A stretch of DNA of 64,000 bases from a virus (IMGVR_UViG_3300009678_000002:1-64000); one strand, 5' to 3'. Positions 9,725 through 17,524 are shown, numbered from the stretch's first letter. Notes: generated by a model not told the origin, from the letters alone. Numbers and translations are program-made.

Positions 9725-10230
9725 GCTACGAAGACGCACCCGCGACCGAGATGCTGGCGAGCCACTGCGCTGCATGCGGCCGCCCGCTCCTGGACGCCAA
9801 GAGCGTCGAGCTGGGCATCGGCCCCGAGTGCCGGCGCAAGCTCGGCTTCAACATGGAGTGCGCGGAGGGCGCGCGCGAGGAAGCCAACCAGCTGGTGTTC
9901 ATGGTCGCGCTCAAGCAGCGCGGCATCGAAGTCGCCACCGCATGCGCGCGCCTGCGCGAGCTCGGGTTCGAGAAGCTCGCCGCGCGCATCGAGAAGAACG
10001 CGGTCGACGTGCGCATCGAGGAAGACGGGGACCGCCTGCGGGTGCACGCGCGCTATCTCGAGGAAGCCACGCCGACCTGGCGCGCGATCCCTGGCCGCCG
10101 CTGGGATGGCGACGCGAAGGCGAACGAGATTCCGGCGCGCGAGCGCCGCGCGCTCTGGGCGCTGCTCACGCGATACTACCCCGGCGCGGTCGCCATCGGC
10201 CCGCGCGGCCCCTTCACGGTTGGAGCATGA
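9721..10230 (+). CDS. DUF6011-like Zn-finger protein
   Basis: CAACGRPLLDAKSVELGIGPEC motif. Confidence 0.7.
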   Translation: MSYEDAPATEMLASHCAACGRPLLDAKSVELGIGPECRRKLGFNMECAEGAREEANQLVFMVALKQRGIEVATACARLRELGFEKLAARIEKNAVDVRIEEDGDRLRVHARYLEEATPTWRAIPGRRWDGDAKANEIPARERRALWALLTRYYPGAVAIGPRGPFTVGA

Positions 10231-10460
10231 GCATGGAGACCACGACGCTCAACACCGCAGAGCTGGGCGAGCTTGCCCGCATCACCAACGCCGGCAAGGT
10301 CGACGTGCGCGGAGGCGGCATCGCGCTCCGATGCAAGACCGTCGATCACGCGGACCGCGCCGAGGCTCTCCTGCGCAAGCAGGGGCGCGGGCCCTTCCGC
10401 ATCACCGACAGGCTGATCGTGTGCGGAAAGCGCTCGCACAACGCGAAGAGGGAATCATGA
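10227..10460 (+). CDS. Hypothetical protein
   Basis: ATGA coupled. Confidence 0.55.
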   Translation: MSMETTTLNTAELGELARITNAGKVDVRGGGIALRCKTVDHADRAEALLRKQGRGPFRITDRLIVCGKRSHNAKRES

Positions 10461-10813
10461 CGACGAAGACGGTGATCTGGGAAGACGACGACGGCCTCGA
10501 GCACGAGACGCGCCTGCCCGCGACCTGGGAGATCTGCTCTCACTGCGGCGGCGACGGCAAGCACTCGCGCCGGCTCGGCGCGTTCACCTCGAGCGAGTGG
10601 GCCGACGAGGATCCCGAGTGGCAGGAGGAGTACCTCGCCGGCCGCTACGACGAGCAGTGCGAAGCCTGCGACGGCGCAGGCAAGGTGCTCGAGATCGACG
10701 AGTCGCGCCTCTCGGACGAGCAGCGCGCCGCTGTCGAGTACCTGGACAACTGCGCCCGCTACGAGCGCGAGGACCGCATGACGCGGCGCGCGGAGAGCGG
10801 CGGCGACTACTGA
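10457..10813 (+). CDS. Hypothetical protein with CxxCxGxG repeats
   Basis: CSHCGGDG...CEACDGAG. Confidence 0.7.
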   Translation: MTTKTVIWEDDDGLEHETRLPATWEICSHCGGDGKHSRRLGAFTSSEWADEDPEWQEEYLAGRYDEQCEACDGAGKVLEIDESRLSDEQRAAVEYLDNCARYEREDRMTRRAESGGDY

Positions 10814-10829
10814 ACCGACGGAGGAGACG

Positions 10830-11213
10830 ATGAAAATCGAGATGGAGGAGACGATGAAGATCGAGATCGAAGTTCCGGATCAGGACATCGACGACGCGCT
10901 CTGCTCTGCGTTCGAGGGCGGCATCACCTACTGGGCGCGGGTCGCGCGCTACACGGCGTTCGTGCAGTACGAGTACGTGCACGAGATCGCGCTGAAGGAG
11001 GGCGGCAGCGTGCAGCTCGCGGTGACCGAGGGCAGCGGCGAGGACATGGAGGTCAAGCCGCTCAACCGCGAGACCATCGCCGCCGGTCTGAAGATCATGG
11101 CCGAGAAACACCCGCGTCACTTCGGGGACCTGCTCGGCGAGTGCACGCAGGACGCGACGACCGGCGACGTGCTGGTGCAGCTCGCGGTGTTCGGAGAGCT
11201 CGTGTTCGGATGA
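10830..11213 (+). CDS. Phage hypothetical protein
   Basis: GGAGG RBS; AFEGGITYWA...D...D.LVQLAVFGELVFG. Confidence 0.75.
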   Translation: MKIEMEETMKIEIEVPDQDIDDALCSAFEGGITYWARVARYTAFVQYEYVHEIALKEGGSVQLAVTEGSGEDMEVKPLNRETIAAGLKIMAEKHPRHFGDLLGECTQDATTGDVLVQLAVFGELVFG

Positions 11214-11224
11214 GGAGGGTTTCA

Positions 11225-11764
11225 ATGGCTACGCACGCACACCAGAGGTTCGAGGGAGTTGACGAGGTCGAGGTGACCGTTCCGTTCGGGACGACGTCGC
11301 GTAAGCGCAAGGCCAAGCTGATCGAGAAGCTGCGCGCGGCGGCGCAGATTCGGTTTCTCGACGGGGCCGAGGAAGAACGCAAGGTCAGGTACGCCGACCT
11401 GCGCCCGCTCACGTACAAGCGCGGCTACGGGCCCGCGTCGGAGGCGCTGCCGCCGCCGGTGGTGCAGCCGCCACCTCCTGCGCAGCAGCCAACGCTGAAG
11501 GCCGTGCCGCCACCGCCGGCGCAGCAGCCCGCCGAGCTCAAGCTCAAGAGGATCCTGGCCGACGTAGACGAGTGGCTGCAGATGGGGCGTGACCTGCTCG
11601 CTCCCATCGAAGCCGAGATCGAAGCGAAGGCGCAGCAGAAGGCTGGTCTCGAGGCCGAGAAGGTTGCCATCGACGACGAGCTTGACTGCGTCACCGACGA
11701 GCTGCGGGAGCTGCACGCCAAGCGCAGCGAGGTCGTCGGCCGGCTCAAGGGGCGAGGTGCATGA
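11225..11764 (+). CDS. Hypothetical protein with Pro-rich linker and coiled coil
   Basis: GAGGAGG RBS. Confidence 0.6.
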   Translation: MATHAHQRFEGVDEVEVTVPFGTTSRKRKAKLIEKLRAAAQIRFLDGAEEERKVRYADLRPLTYKRGYGPASEALPPPVVQPPPPAQQPTLKAVPPPPAQQPAELKLKRILADVDEWLQMGRDLLAPIEAEIEAKAQQKAGLEAEKVAIDDELDCVTDELRELHAKRSEVVGRLKGRGA

Positions 11765-12054
11765 TGCGACACGACGAAGACAAAGTGCATCGCGACGACC
11801 TGGCCGACGCCATCCGGCACATGCCGAAGCTCCCGCGGTCGACGCCGAAGATCGACCGGCTGCGCTGGGTCCTCGAGCACGGCGCGGCGCGCATCGACGG
11901 CGTGATGGTCGACCGCTTCAGCGCGAGCGCGATCGTGCAGGTCTACGACGCGCTCAGCGAAAAGAACAAGGCCAACTACCTCACCATGTCGGTGCGCCGC
12001 ATGGCGGAGGTCGCATTCAAGATCGCGGCTATCGGCCGGCAATCGAAACCATGA
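11761..12054 (+). CDS. Hypothetical protein
   Basis: IDGVMVDRFSASAIVQVYDALS motif; coupled to upstream gene. Confidence 0.65.
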   Translation: MMRHDEDKVHRDDLADAIRHMPKLPRSTPKIDRLRWVLEHGAARIDGVMVDRFSASAIVQVYDALSEKNKANYLTMSVRRMAEVAFKIAAIGRQSKP

Positions 12055-12066
12055 AGGAGACCAGCA

Positions 12067-12258
12067 ATGAAACGCCTGATCGTAATCCTGACCCTCGGCC
12101 TCGGCCTCTCGGCCGGCAGCGAGCTCGCGCGGCCCACGAAGGCGCGCTGCGCCTACTGCTTCACGGGGGACTGCTACAACTCGCGCATGTGCGGCAGGGG
12201 CTGCGTGTGCCTCAAGCGCGACAACGACATGCGCGGGGAGTGCGTGGCCTTCGACTGA
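12067..12258 (+). CDS. Small secreted Cys-rich peptide
   Basis: AAGGAG RBS, signal-peptide-like N-terminus, 7 Cys in the mature part. Confidence 0.65.
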   Translation: MKRLIVILTLGLGLSAGSELARPTKARCAYCFTGDCYNSRMCGRGCVCLKRDNDMRGECVAFD

Positions 12259-12330
12259 GCTGTGGTAGAAAGCAATCGGGCGGGGCCGTTTGCGCGGCCC
12301 CGCCCACGAACACGGGAAGGAAGGTTCCTC

Positions 12331-12666
12331 ATGTCCAGCGATGAGACTACCACGCCGAGCGCGTGGAGTTACGAAGGCTACTGGAACGCGGTGCTCGGCG
12401 ACCGGCGCTCGGCTGAGCAGGTGGTCGCGGAGTTCGAGCTGGTCGGTGAAGGGCTCGACGAGTGGCTCGGCACCGCCGAGGCCGAGGCCGCGCGCGTCGG
12501 CGGGCTGCGCGAGCTGCCCGACGAGTGGTCGGACTTCCACGCGCAGGCGCTCGAAGAACTCGAGGAAGTGATCGACGCTGCCGACGCGCGTGCTCGCGAG
12601 GCCGAGCCTACGAAACCGTGGGATGAGGTTCGCAGCCTGGGGCTCGACAGACCGGACGACGAGTGA
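12331..12666 (+). CDS. Acidic hypothetical protein
   Basis: Glu/Asp-rich ORF with RBS. Confidence 0.55.
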   Translation: MSSDETTTPSAWSYEGYWNAVLGDRRSAEQVVAEFELVGEGLDEWLGTAEAEAARVGGLRELPDEWSDFHAQALEELEEVIDAADARAREAEPTKPWDEVRSLGLDRPDDE

Positions 12667-12953
12667 TGGGACGACCACGAAAGCCAGACGCGCAGCGCGC
12701 GCGCGAGCTCTCCGCGAAGGGGCTCACGCCGCCGGAGATCTCCGCGAAGCTCGACGTGCCACGCCAGAACGTGCACGCCGCTCTGAAGCGCAACCCGAAG
12801 CTCGGCCGGCCACGGCTGCCCACCGTGCGCCGGTCCATCCGGCTGCCGCTCGAGGTCGACGAGCGCGTGCAGGCCAACGCTCGCACGACCGGGCACACGG
12901 TCGAGCAGGTCATCGTGAACGCAGTACGCAAGGGGTTCGGGTTGAAGCCATGA
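12666..12953 (+). CDS. HTH plus ribbon-helix-helix-like DNA-binding protein
   Basis: GLTPPEISAKLDVPRQNVHAAL; GRP...SIRLPLEV. Confidence 0.7.
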   Translation: MGRPRKPDAQRARELSAKGLTPPEISAKLDVPRQNVHAALKRNPKLGRPRLPTVRRSIRLPLEVDERVQANARTTGHTVEQVIVNAVRKGFGLKP

Positions 12954-13189
12954 CCGCCGCGACCGAACACCAGTGCCGGAGCTGCGGCGCGCCGACGAGC
13001 ACCACGGGCGCGGTCCGCGCGCGGCGCCTCGAGGACTACCTCGGCGACGGCCGGCCGATGTACGTCGCCAACTGCCAGAGCTGCGGCGCCGAGCTCGTGC
13101 GCTGCATGGGCCGGGCGGAGAAGTACCTGCAATACAGCCCAGCGGAACCACTAGCTTTTCTGGAATCGACCGGGCCCCGTTCGAAATAG
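12950..13189 (+). CDS. Small Zn-ribbon protein
   Basis: CRSCG...CQSCG. Confidence 0.5.
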   Translation: MTAATEHQCRSCGAPTSTTGAVRARRLEDYLGDGRPMYVANCQSCGAELVRCMGRAEKYLQYSPAEPLAFLESTGPRSK

Positions 13190-13200
13190 GTCGATAATCG

Positions 13201-13270
13201 GTTGACTCGTCCGGGGTGGTTCGAGCAACGTGTCCATTGTCGACGCGATGGAAACGCGCCGGCAGGGAGA
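13201..13270 (+). promoter_or_regulatory. Sigma70-like promoter and leader, copy A2
   Basis: GTTGACTCG-N25-CATTGTCGACGCGATGGAAACGCGCCGGCAGGGAGA, same spacing as the 8863 copy. Confidence 0.7.
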
Positions 13271-13279
13271 GCGAGACGG

Positions 13280-13437
13280 CCGCATCAAACCAAGCGCTCA
13301 GTCGCCAAAGCCCGGAACCACAGCGACGGTGACAGCGTCGCGATCGACACGGGCGGATAGCATCCGGTGAAGTTACGGAACCGGGTCATAGGGAGCGACC
13401 GAACAGTTGCGCATGTTGAGCGCTTGGTTTGATGCGG
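13280..13437 (+). ncRNA. Structured non-coding element closed by a perfect 21-bp inverted repeat
   Basis: CCGCATCAAACCAAGCGCTCA (13280-13300) / TGAGCGCTTGGTTTGATGCGG (13417-13437) with nested internal stems. Confidence 0.55.
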
Positions 13438-13468
13438 ACGAGTAGCACCCAGCGAAAGGACCCCCCCC

Positions 13469-13810
13469 ATGAGAACCCTGAACAGCGTTTCCGAAGTGAC
13501 CACCGAAGTCGTACGCAGCGTGTACTCCGGCAAGGACGGCAAGTGCTGCTGCGGATGCGCGGGCAAGCACCGATACAACTCGGCTCACCGCGTCGAAGGC
13601 AGCAGGAACCGCGGCTACGAAGTCCGCGACGAAGATGTGAGCGACCGCGAGGTCAAGCGCATCCTCGGGCTGATCAAGACCAACGAATCCATCGCCGAGG
13701 TCTGCGGCGAGCACGCATACGTCGTCCTCGGGAACCGACTCTACATCCTGTATCTGGTCGACGGCGTGCGCCTTCCCGACCTCGAGGAAGAGCGCGCCGC
13801 ACTGAAATAA
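13469..13810 (+). CDS. Hypothetical protein
   Basis: AAGGA RBS; YSGK...CCCGCAG motif. Confidence 0.7.
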   Translation: MRTLNSVSEVTTEVVRSVYSGKDGKCCCGCAGKHRYNSAHRVEGSRNRGYEVRDEDVSDREVKRILGLIKTNESIAEVCGEHAYVVLGNRLYILYLVDGVRLPDLEEERAALK

Positions 13811-13902
13811 CGCCCCCGCCGGCCTACGGGCCGGCCGCCGCTCGGTGTCGGGTGAGAGCCGGCAGCGACAGGCGCGATAGGGCGCGAGAGTGGGAGACGG
13901 GC

Positions 13903-14130
13903 ATGGACCTACGCAAGAACGCCACGCTGACCGACGCGATCGAATGGGCCCGCCAAGCCGATGCCGGCGAGTACCTCAGCAAGTACGCCGACCGACCGAC
14001 CGACGAGGACGACGGCTCGCGCTGCGGCTGGGGAGATGACGAGCTTGCGGAGATCGAGACGGCGCTCGCGCGCCGCAAGCTCAGGCTCGACGCTGACGAC
14101 GTCGGCTTGATCGCGGTGGCGCTGTGGTGA
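13903..14130 (+). CDS. Hypothetical protein
   Basis: GGGAG RBS. Confidence 0.6.
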   Translation: MDLRKNATLTDAIEWARQADAGEYLSKYADRPTDEDDGSRCGWGDDELAEIETALARRKLRLDADDVGLIAVALW

Positions 14131-14447
14131 CGCGCCAGACCCCCAGCGCCCGCGCCCGCAAGCCCTCCCAAGCCGACCGCATCCGCGCAGCGCGCCGTCG
14201 CTGGCCCAAGCTCACCCCCGCGCAGCTCGCGGTCAAGCTCCGGGTCAGCGACGGCGCCGTGCGCTCTGCGCTGCGGAGCAGCGACCGCGGGAGGGGGCGG
14301 CCGCCTGGTGATCGTGTTCGCGTCGAGGTTATGCTCGACCGCGAGCTCGCCGACAGTGCTCGGGCGCTCGCTGATGCGGACGCTGCGACGCTGGCCGAGT
14401 GGATCGGGCAGTGTGTGCTCGCGACCGTGAGGCAGTCCGATGGATGA
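14124..14447 (+). CDS. HTH plus RHH-like DNA-binding protein
   Basis: LTPAQLAVKLRVSDGAVRSAL...GRPP. Confidence 0.65.
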   Translation: MVTRQTPSARARKPSQADRIRAARRRWPKLTPAQLAVKLRVSDGAVRSALRSSDRGRGRPPGDRVRVEVMLDRELADSARALADADAATLAEWIGQCVLATVRQSDG

Positions 14448-14958
14448 CAACGATCGGAAGTCCCTCGCGCGCCCGCCTGCCCTGCCCGTGCCGGTCCTGC
14501 CGCACATCGAGGGCATCGATAAGACGAGCTGGGGCGAAGGCCCCTGGCAGCACGAACCCGACCGCGTGGAGTTCATCCACCAGGGCGTGCCGTGCCTGAT
14601 GTTCCGAAGCCCGCTCTCCGGCGCCTGGAACGGCTACGCGGGCGCCGAGCCCGGCCACCCATGGCACGGCACCGACCTCGCCGCAGACCAGGCGGAGGCC
14701 CACGGCGGCATCACCTGGACCGGACCGACGTCGGCGGACCAGCGCATGATGTCCGACCCGCGCCGGTTCGCCGGAGCGTGGTGGATCGGGTTCGACTGCG
14801 CGCACGCGTGCGACTACCAGCCAGCGATGCAAGCGCGCCTGCGTGAGGCCCTGGCCAGGTTCGGCCGGACCATGGGCGGCGAGTACCGGACCGCGGCCTA
14901 CGTGCGCGCGTGCGTGGTCGAGCTCGCCGAGCAGGTCATCGCTGCCAGGCGGCAGTAA
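14440..14958 (+). CDS. Phage hypothetical protein
   Basis: GPWQHEPD...GAWNGY...HPWHG...HGGITW...WWIGFDCAH. Confidence 0.75.
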   Translation: MDDNDRKSLARPPALPVPVLPHIEGIDKTSWGEGPWQHEPDRVEFIHQGVPCLMFRSPLSGAWNGYAGAEPGHPWHGTDLAADQAEAHGGITWTGPTSADQRMMSDPRRFAGAWWIGFDCAHACDYQPAMQARLREALARFGRTMGGEYRTAAYVRACVVELAEQVIAARRQ

Positions 14959-14999
14959 CAGCTACCCCGCCACGTCGGCGGGCAGAGAGGGACAACGTC

Positions 15000-15347
15000 A
15001 TGAACATGGTGATCACCGAAGGGCGCAGCAAAGGAACGCGGAATCGGGTCGGGTACCGAGGAGGAGCGGCGATCATCATCGGCGCGCTATCGCTGGGCGT
15101 CTGGTGGAGTGCCGACGCGCCATGGAACGCGCGCTGTCTGCTCGGGCAGCACGACCCGGCCTCGGCTCCGCACGGCCTGCACGGCGACGAGCTGATCCAC
15201 TACTACTCGGCCACGCTCGACTCGGCCGCGGACAGCACCTGCCGGCGCTGCGGCGCGCCCGTGACCGATGCGAAGCAACTCGAGAAGGCGCCGGAGCCTG
15301 GGCCGGCCGTTGTCGACTTCACGCGGCAGCACGAGCGGGCGCGATGA
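15000..15347 (+). CDS. Membrane-anchored hypothetical protein
   Basis: TM segment, CLLGQH...CRRCG. Confidence 0.5.
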   Translation: MNMVITEGRSKGTRNRVGYRGGAAIIIGALSLGVWWSADAPWNARCLLGQHDPASAPHGLHGDELIHYYSATLDSAADSTCRRCGAPVTDAKQLEKAPEPGPAVVDFTRQHERAR

Positions 15348-16012
15348 TGGAGGCGTGGGCATTCGTGGGAATCATGTCGGTGGTCCTGTTCGAGCTCGCG
15401 CGCGGGATCAACGGCAGGGTGTACGCCGCCCCCTCGGGCGATACAGCCGACACCTACAGGGCGCGAGCGCGTCTCCTGACCGTGGCCCGGGGAGTCGTGT
15501 GGACGGCGCTGGTCGCGGTGATGCTCTGGCGCAAGCACGGTTGCGCGAGTTGCGTATCGGCCGCTGATTCTCTGTCAGAAACAGGCACGCCCGCGCGTCA
15601 TAAGAACATGGAAACAGACATGAACCGAACCGCCGCATTCTTCTCCTGCGAACGTCACGACGCCTTCGGCATCGGGGTCGCGACCTGCGCGCTCTGCGAT
15701 GCCGAGCGCAGTGAGCTGCTCGCGCTCGGCTACCTCTGCGGGATCACCGGCAGCCTGTCCGAGGGCTCGCTCGACGCCGCGCGCTGGCGCGACATGGCGG
15801 CCGTCGCGCGCAAGCTCGGCGTGCGCGGAGTCGTGCCGAACGCGTGGCCGGTCATCTGGCGGCGGGGCTACAACGACGGCCTGCTGCGGAAGTTCCCGGG
15901 CTGGTGGGGCCGGCGCGTCACCGAGCTCGGCGCGGCCGACCTCGAGCTGTACGAGCGCGTGAGCCGGGCAGCGATCGAGAAGGCGCGCGCGCACCAGCGG
16001 CAGCCGACTTGA
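15344..16012 (+). CDS. Hypothetical protein (may be two genes, with an internal start near 15608)
   Basis: TM-rich N-terminal half then CERH...CALC. Confidence 0.45.
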   Translation: MMEAWAFVGIMSVVLFELARGINGRVYAAPSGDTADTYRARARLLTVARGVVWTALVAVMLWRKHGCASCVSAADSLSETGTPARHKNMETDMNRTAAFFSCERHDAFGIGVATCALCDAERSELLALGYLCGITGSLSEGSLDAARWRDMAAVARKLGVRGVVPNAWPVIWRRGYNDGLLRKFPGWWGRRVTELGAADLELYERVSRAAIEKARAHQRQPT

Positions 16013-16037
16013 CGTCGATCCGCGCCGCCCTCATAGT
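16009..16037 (+). promoter_or_regulatory. Promoter of the tRNA array
   Basis: TTGACG-17-CATAGT. Confidence 0.65.
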
Positions 16038-16047
16038 GCTAGCCATC

Positions 16048-16176
16048 GTGACCAGAGCACTGCCGATTTCAATGTGGCGAGCGAGCGGGCTGTTTAGCTC
16101 GTATCGCGCCGCCACATCTGCGTCGGCGGTCGATACGTGCCCCAAAGCCAACCGCCACCAGGAGGGTACCGGCTAG
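16048..16176 (+). CDS. Putative leader peptide of the tRNA-array attenuator
   Basis: GTG 10 nt after the -10 box; 42 aa; stop 30 nt upstream of the terminator hairpin. Confidence 0.45.
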   Translation: MTRALPISMWRASGLFSSYRAATSASAVDTCPKANRHQEGTG

Positions 16177-16206
16177 GGGGCGTCATTCGTTGCATCGCGA
16201 TCACGC

Positions 16207-16252
16207 GAAACGAGGGCGCCCCGGAAAAACCGGCGGCGCCCTCAGTCGTTTC
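16207..16252 (+). terminator. Attenuator hairpin immediately before the first tRNA
   Basis: GAGGGCGCC-CCGG-AAAAA-CCGG-C-GGCGCCCTC followed by AGTCGTTTC. Confidence 0.6.
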
Positions 16253-16253
16253 T

Positions 16254-16335
16254 GGAGCTGAGCTCAGATGGCCTGAGAGCGCGCTGTAAACGCGCCGCAC
16301 GTTGTGCAGACGGGGTTCGATTCCCTGCAGCTCCA
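16254..16335 (+). tRNA. tRNA-Tyr(GTA)
   Basis: GCGCG-ctGTAaa-CGCGC; long variable arm. Confidence 0.9.
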
Positions 16336-16382
16336 CCGAGGACCCAATGCGAGAGGAGAAACGTTAGCCGCATCCCAAGCAC

Positions 16383-16454
16383 GGGAGCGGCGCTCGATGG
16401 CAGAGCACCCAGCTTTTACCTGGACCTCCGGCGGTTCGATTCCGCCCGCTCCCA
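16383..16454 (+). tRNA. tRNA-Lys(TTT)
   Basis: CCAG-ctTTTac-CTGG. Confidence 0.85.
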
Positions 16455-16466
16455 CCGCATGCACGC

Positions 16467-16540
16467 GCTGCGCACGGGTCAATGGTGACCCACCCGATTC
16501 TTACTCGGGCACCCGCTGGGTTCGATTCCCAGGCGCAGCA
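16467..16540 (+). tRNA. tRNA-Lys(CTT)
   Basis: CCCGA-ttCTTac-TCGGG. Confidence 0.88.
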
Positions 16541-16579
16541 CCGACGCTCTGTGAAAACCGAATAGGCTGTTTCGTTTAT

Positions 16580-16625
16580 GGGCGCATGCGGGCGCGGGCT
16601 TGCTCGTGTTCGTGTGCGCCCACCA
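16580..16625 (+). ncRNA. CCA-ended hairpin (tRNA-like minihelix)
   Basis: 19-bp uninterrupted stem with 6 G-U pairs, CTTG loop, 3' ACCA. Confidence 0.6.
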
Positions 16626-16626
16626 T

Positions 16627-16704
16627 CCCAAGGCACGTCGCGACGGTCAGACGGCCAAACTGTTAATTTGGTGTGCGGGGGTTCGAGTCCCTCCCTTGGG
16701 GCCA
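16627..16704 (+). tRNA. tRNA-Asn(GTT)
   Basis: CCAAA-ctGTTaa-TTTGG; GCCA end. Confidence 0.9.
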
Positions 16705-16705
16705 T

Positions 16706-16773
16706 GGGTCGTGCGCCGGGCGCAGCTGCGGTCTCCAAAGCCGTGCGGCGAGGTTCAACTCCTCGACGGCCTG
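16706..16773 (+). tRNA. tRNA-Trp(CCA)
   Basis: GCGGT-ctCCAaa-GCCGT; short D arm. Confidence 0.8.
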
Positions 16774-16774
16774 C

Positions 16775-16847
16775 GCCGCTCTCGCGTATGTGGTCAGCGC
16801 GCCCGGTTGAAGCCCGGGAGGACTTCGTTCGATTCGAAGGGGCGGCA
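16775..16847 (+). tRNA. tRNA-Phe(GAA)
   Basis: CCCGG-ttGAAgc-CCGGG. Confidence 0.85.
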
Positions 16848-16887
16848 CAAGCTTTCTTATCCTCGTCACAAGTTTCGTTACCCTCAC

Positions 16888-16962
16888 GCGCGCGTCGCCT
16901 AGTGGTATGGCGCCACCTTGCCAGCGTGGATCTCGCGGGTTCGATTCCCGCCGCGCGCACCA
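16888..16962 (+). tRNA. tRNA-Gly(GCC)
   Basis: CCAC-c-ttGCCag-c-GTGG; CCA end. Confidence 0.9.
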
Positions 16963-16964
16963 GA

Positions 16965-17040
16965 GCACCCGTCGTCCAGCGGTTCAAGACGGCCGCCCTT
17001 CAAGCGGCAGAGCTGGGTTCGATTCCCAGCGGGTGCACCA
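16965..17040 (+). tRNA. tRNA-Glu(TTC), C33
   Basis: GCCGC-ccTTCaa-GCGGC. Confidence 0.85.
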
Positions 17041-17044
17041 GCAT

Positions 17045-17117
17045 TGCGGCGACCACAGGGATGGCGCTGGCGCTTTGAACGCCACGCGAGATCGTTCGAG
17101 TCGATCCGCCGCAGCCA
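17045..17117 (+). tRNA. tRNA-Gln(TTG)
   Basis: TGGCG-ctTTGaa-CGCCA. Confidence 0.85.
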
Positions 17118-17125
17118 CGTTTCAC

Positions 17126-17196
17126 TCGGGCGTCCATAGGATGGCAGGCGGACTCTGACTCCGCCGGCGAAGGTTCGAGTCCTTCCGCCCGGACCA
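17126..17196 (+). tRNA. tRNA-Gln(CTG)
   Basis: GCGGA-ctCTGac-TCCGC. Confidence 0.85.
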
Positions 17197-17197
17197 T

Positions 17198-17269
17198 GCA
17201 GCCATGCGCATCTGGTGATGCGGCTCGATTGTCGATCGAGTGAGACGAGTTCGATCCTCGTTGGCTGCG
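17198..17269 (+). tRNA. tRNA-Asp(GTC)
   Basis: CTCGA-ttGTCga-TCGAG. Confidence 0.85.
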
Positions 17270-17274
17270 CCGAT

Positions 17275-17350
17275 GTCCCGTTCGTCTAGGTGGCAAGGAT
17301 GCGAGGCCCTCAACTTCGCGACGCCGGTTCAACTCCGGCACGGGACGCCA
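17275..17350 (+). tRNA. tRNA-Glu(CTC), C33
   Basis: CGAGG-ccCTCaa-CTTCG. Confidence 0.85.
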
Positions 17351-17351
17351 C

Positions 17352-17436
17352 GGAAGGTGAAGCAGCAGCGGTGCTGCACCGGTTTCGAAAACCGGCGAGC
17401 GCGCAAGCGTTAGGGGTTCGACTCCTCCGCCTTCCG
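17352..17436 (+). tRNA. tRNA-Ser(CGA)
   Basis: CCGGT-ttCGAaa-ACCGG; long variable arm. Confidence 0.9.
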
Positions 17437-17441
17437 CCGAT

Positions 17442-17524
17442 GGAGAGCAACGCGATCCGGGATCGCCGCGGTTTGCTAAACCGATGGAGCCGCAAGGCTT
17501 GAGGTCCGACTCCTCTGCTCTCCG
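17442..17524 (+). tRNA. tRNA-Ser(GCT)
   Basis: CGGT-ttGCTaa-ACCG; long variable arm. Confidence 0.85.

Noticed and set aside
13280-13437. Retron msr-msd or a known self-cleaving ribozyme
   Set aside because: No reverse transcriptase in the window; hammerhead, twister and pistol cores not convincingly matched
16347-16367. Mini-ORF MREEKR with an SD-like GAGGA after tRNA-Tyr
   Set aside because: Too short to distinguish from chance
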